Shown here piece after piece: positions 27,598-30,386 of a DNA stretch of 30,386 nt. Both the position numbers and the translations under genes were made by a program. The stretch is from Candidatus Firestoneibacteriota bacterium. Its GTDB lineage: Bacteria > Oederibacteriota > D2-FULL-39-29 > JBDRBU01. The notes under the pieces were generated by a model. It did no database searches and was not told the origin of the DNA. It saw only the letters and a list, made by a program, of their open reading frames with translations. Each line of letters begins with the position of its first letter. Position 1 is the first letter of the stretch. The stretch is from assembly GCA_043822305.1 (NCBI GenBank), contig JBDRBU010000089.1, positions 1 through 30,386 on the forward strand. Reading direction: 5' to 3'.

Positions 27598-28322
27598 AAA
27601 AAGAAGTGCAACCCGCAGTTTTTGATAAATTTGCAGATAATTACGATGAAGGGCATACCAAAGCCGTAAAAGCATCAGGATTTTCGCCTTCATATTTTCA
27701 TGAATATAAGGTAATAGAACTTTTTAACTATTTAAAATTAATAGGGAAAGAGCAGGAAAAATTATTATTATTAAATTACGGATGTGGCATCGGAAGTAGT
27801 GAAAAATATTTGAAAAAATATTTTCCCAACTTAATTATATGTTCTGTTGATATTTCCGAAGAATCTATAAGAGTTGCTAAAAAAGAGAACGAAGGATTAA
27901 ATGATGTTACATTTAAACAGTTTGATGGTGTTAATATCCCATTTGAGCATGAATTTGATATAATATTTATTGCTAATGTTTTTCATCATATACCAAGGAA
28001 ACAACAAATAGATTCAATGAAAGCATTAAATAATAGATTAAAAGCAGATGGATTTTTAATAATGTTTGAATTAAATCCAATCAATCCGTTAACTTTGTGG
28101 GTGGCAATACAAAATGATTATAAATTTGACAAAGATTCAAAATTGCTAAACCCGTTATATTGCCGAAAATTATTAAATACAAGTGGTTTCAGGAGCCGAA
28201 CAATAAGATTTACAATATTTTTTCCTGCTTTTTTATCTTTTTTGAAAAGACTTGAAAAATACTTATACAAATTACCGATAGGCGCACACTATTATTATAT
28301 AGCTAGAAAAATTAATGGCTAA
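27594..28322 (+). CDS. Class I SAM-dependent methyltransferase
   Basis: Motif I LNYGCGIG, VDIS, FDIIF..NVFHHI, FELNPINPLT. Confidence 0.85.
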   Translation: MKKEVQPAVFDKFADNYDEGHTKAVKASGFSPSYFHEYKVIELFNYLKLIGKEQEKLLLLNYGCGIGSSEKYLKKYFPNLIICSVDISEESIRVAKKENEGLNDVTFKQFDGVNIPFEHEFDIIFIANVFHHIPRKQQIDSMKALNNRLKADGFLIMFELNPINPLTLWVAIQNDYKFDKDSKLLNPLYCRKLLNTSGFRSRTIRFTIFFPAFLSFLKRLEKYLYKLPIGAHYYYIARKING

Positions 28323-30189
28323 AACGTTTGAATGTAATAATCCTAAATTCTATCCATTTCTTTTATTGAAATTAAAAGAATTAGCTATATATTTTCAAAA
28401 TAAAGGATTTTGTCTTATCCCGATTGTAATAATAGCAATTTATAATTTAATCTTTTTTAATCGCTTTTATCCGATTACTGAAGGCTGGTTTTCAACCTAC
28501 GCTTACTTGTTTAATCATGGTCAAATGCCTTATAAAGATTTTTATTTTTATTTACCCCCGTTATATCTTGTTAAGATTGGATTATTTACAAAAATTTTTG
28601 GATATAATATAATAAATCTTCGGTTACTTGGAATAGTAATTATTTTACTGTTTGCTTTTTTCTTGTATAAAAATATGGAATCGTTGTTTGGTTCACTAAT
28701 TGCAACATTTGTATCTATTGTTGGTGTGATATACTATCAATCAAATAATGCTCATATTACATATGATTTTATTCAGTTTGTAACACTATATTCGCTTATC
28801 CAAATTTATTTTATATTTAAATATTTAAACTATCATTTGATTGATAACAAAAAATCCTTAAAATATATTTTTCTTGCAGGGTTTTTTGCAGGTTTGACAT
28901 TATTAACAAAACATAGTAATGGAACGATGATAATACTTTTCTCTTTTATAGGAGTAATTGCGGTAAATTTTTCTAATGGATTAAAACATACTTTAAAAGC
29001 AGTATGTTTCTATATTTCAGGTATTTTTATTCCTGTAATTATTATGTTAATCTGGTTAGGATATCATTCAGCACTTAATGATTTTTATGAGCAAGTGGTA
29101 ATTGGAACTATTAAAGCAAAGGGTGGTAGTAGTCAAATTTTATTTTCATGGTTTCAGGGAGTTTTGACGGAAAACTTTGTATCGCGGTTTAAGGAAATCA
29201 TAATATTCTTCATTGTTTTTGGTTACTGGTTGTTTTATAAATATAAAAAATCAGTGAAATATCAGAGTATCAGCAAAATATTCTACTTGATTTCTATAGC
29301 AATGCTGTTAATATTTATCTTTTGTCCTCTTTTCTTAAAAAGTGATATTATTCAAGAACTATCTCATCTTGGTAAAAAAGGAATTAATACTATTATTGTT
29401 ACAGCAATAGTAACGCCATTATCTGTATTACTTATAAGTTTTATCCGCATGTACTTTAAAAAATCGATAGATACTAATCTTATGTTTTTTAGTTTTATTG
29501 CTTTAGGATTTATCTATGGAACGGGAACTTCTGCTGGTATTACAGAAGTTGGAGCGTTTGCTGGATTTTGTTTATTTCTCGGGCTTGCATTACATCTAAA
29601 ATCAGTATTTGGTCTTGGAAAAGTTTTTATCGTATTATTTTCTTTAAGTTTCTTAATAATGTTTATAGAGGTGAAATATTCAAGACCTTATTATTGGTGG
29701 AATGCAACCAGTCCTGATATACGAACTAAATTAGAAAAAGCAGAAAATATGTCACTATTGAAAGGGATTTATACTTCAAAAGAGAATCTAAAATTAATAG
29801 AAGAAGTTACATCTGAGTTGACTCAATCTGCAAAAATAAATGACCCTGTTTTAACTTTTCCAAATATTCCAGTATTTTATCTGTTTTCAAATCGTTGGCC
29901 ACCTGGAAAAGCATTAGTCCATTGGTTTGATTTCCTGACAGATGATTTAGCAATCAAAGAGGCAGAGGTAATTCGGATACATCCGCCCAATGTAATCGTA
30001 TACCTTGATTTAGGTTCGACAGTATGGGAAGCCCATGAGCGGTTATTTCGTGGTGGTAAACCAAGTGGACAAAGAGAAATTGATAAAGCAATAAAAGAAA
30101 TAATTATTTCTAATAAAATGTCTATGGTAAAACAGTTTGAGTTACCTAATAATGTTTTTCTTAGAATTTGGAAACAATTACGAAAATAA
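28315..30189 (+). CDS. Multi-pass membrane protein, putative GT-C-fold (ArnT/PMT-like) glycosyltransferase
   Basis: TEGWF...GQMPYKDFYFYLPP first loop, LAGFFAGLTLLTKHS, many TMs, C-terminal soluble domain. Confidence 0.65.
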   Translation: MAKTFECNNPKFYPFLLLKLKELAIYFQNKGFCLIPIVIIAIYNLIFFNRFYPITEGWFSTYAYLFNHGQMPYKDFYFYLPPLYLVKIGLFTKIFGYNIINLRLLGIVIILLFAFFLYKNMESLFGSLIATFVSIVGVIYYQSNNAHITYDFIQFVTLYSLIQIYFIFKYLNYHLIDNKKSLKYIFLAGFFAGLTLLTKHSNGTMIILFSFIGVIAVNFSNGLKHTLKAVCFYISGIFIPVIIMLIWLGYHSALNDFYEQVVIGTIKAKGGSSQILFSWFQGVLTENFVSRFKEIIIFFIVFGYWLFYKYKKSVKYQSISKIFYLISIAMLLIFIFCPLFLKSDIIQELSHLGKKGINTIIVTAIVTPLSVLLISFIRMYFKKSIDTNLMFFSFIALGFIYGTGTSAGITEVGAFAGFCLFLGLALHLKSVFGLGKVFIVLFSLSFLIMFIEVKYSRPYYWWNATSPDIRTKLEKAENMSLLKGIYTSKENLKLIEEVTSELTQSAKINDPVLTFPNIPVFYLFSNRWPPGKALVHWFDFLTDDLAIKEAEVIRIHPPNVIVYLDLGSTVWEAHERLFRGGKPSGQREIDKAIKEIIISNKMSMVKQFELPNNVFLRIWKQLRK

Positions 30190-30191
30190 AA

Positions 30192-30249
30192 ATGAGCATT
30201 AAACCAGTAACAAAAAAGGTGTTATTTGTAGCAATAATCTTTAATATTC
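30192..30249 (+). pseudogene. 5' stub of the next operon gene, interrupted by the IS
   Basis: ATG 2 nt after the previous stop, MSIKPVTKKVLFVAIIFNI (start of a TM segment) running directly into the IS end. Confidence 0.4.
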
Positions 30250-30386
30250 AGGCTGTTGAAATAGTCAAAATACTGTCTTGATAATAAGACTAAAATTTGG
30301 TATATTAAAATATAATTTATTAAAAATCAGGAGGGAAAAATAAATGGCACAATTTAGAATACCAAATCGTGACCAACTTATTATGT
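30250..30386 (+). mobile_element. Left end of a probable IS1182-family insertion sequence (truncated by window)
   Basis: AGGCTGTTGAAATAGTC IR-like end, internal promoter TTGATA-N17-TATATT (30278-30306), SD AGGAGG, ORF start. Confidence 0.55.
30344..30386 (+). CDS. Partial CDS, probable transposase N-terminus (MAQFRIPNRDQLIM...)
   Basis: Strong SD; only 14 codons visible; resembles IS1182-type transposase N-termini. Confidence 0.5.
   Translation, partial: MAQFRIPNRDQLIM

Noticed and set aside
2526..27656. Minus-strand and short alternative-frame ORFs in the ORF track (e.g. 4005-4316, 14563-15180, 6526-6738, 11870-12082, 12222-12422, 13659-13874)
   Set aside because: Shadows of well-supported + strand genes or of repeats; no recognisable motifs or RBS

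Overview
AT-rich bacterial chromosomal segment, almost entirely + strand, from a diderm (kdsB, PorV-family barrel, lipoproteins); the lineage cannot be fixed from sequence alone. Left to right: a secreted MORN-variant-repeat/CsgG-like protein, tRNA-Val(GAC), a HEAT-repeat gene plus a B-box/PilZ gene, a PorV/PorQ-family gene, a DUF4160/DUF2442 toxin-antitoxin-like pair, two lipoproteins, lepA-hemW-rplM-rpsI-miaB, then a surface-polysaccharide locus (kdsB, ugd, rmd/gmd-like, GT-C-like membrane protein, wzx, 2x GT4, wbaN-like GT2, wbaP, rfbF, rfbG, SAM methyltransferase, second GT-C-like protein) cut at the right edge by a probable IS1182-family element. The most striking unexplained signal is in the spacers: several tiny non-autonomous elements with terminal inverted repeats and 8-bp target duplications (GTA...TAC ends as in IS66; one with ISL3-like ends), most wrapped around a different REP-like palindrome. 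Two of them sit inside a dead four-helix-bundle gene between rfbF and rfbG, and removing them restores a single reading frame ending exactly at the rfbG start. Other oddities: an apparently circularly permuted CsgG-like domain, a tRNA with C at position 33, and a switch-like structured leader at 596-695. Family calls are from motif recognition, not database searches.
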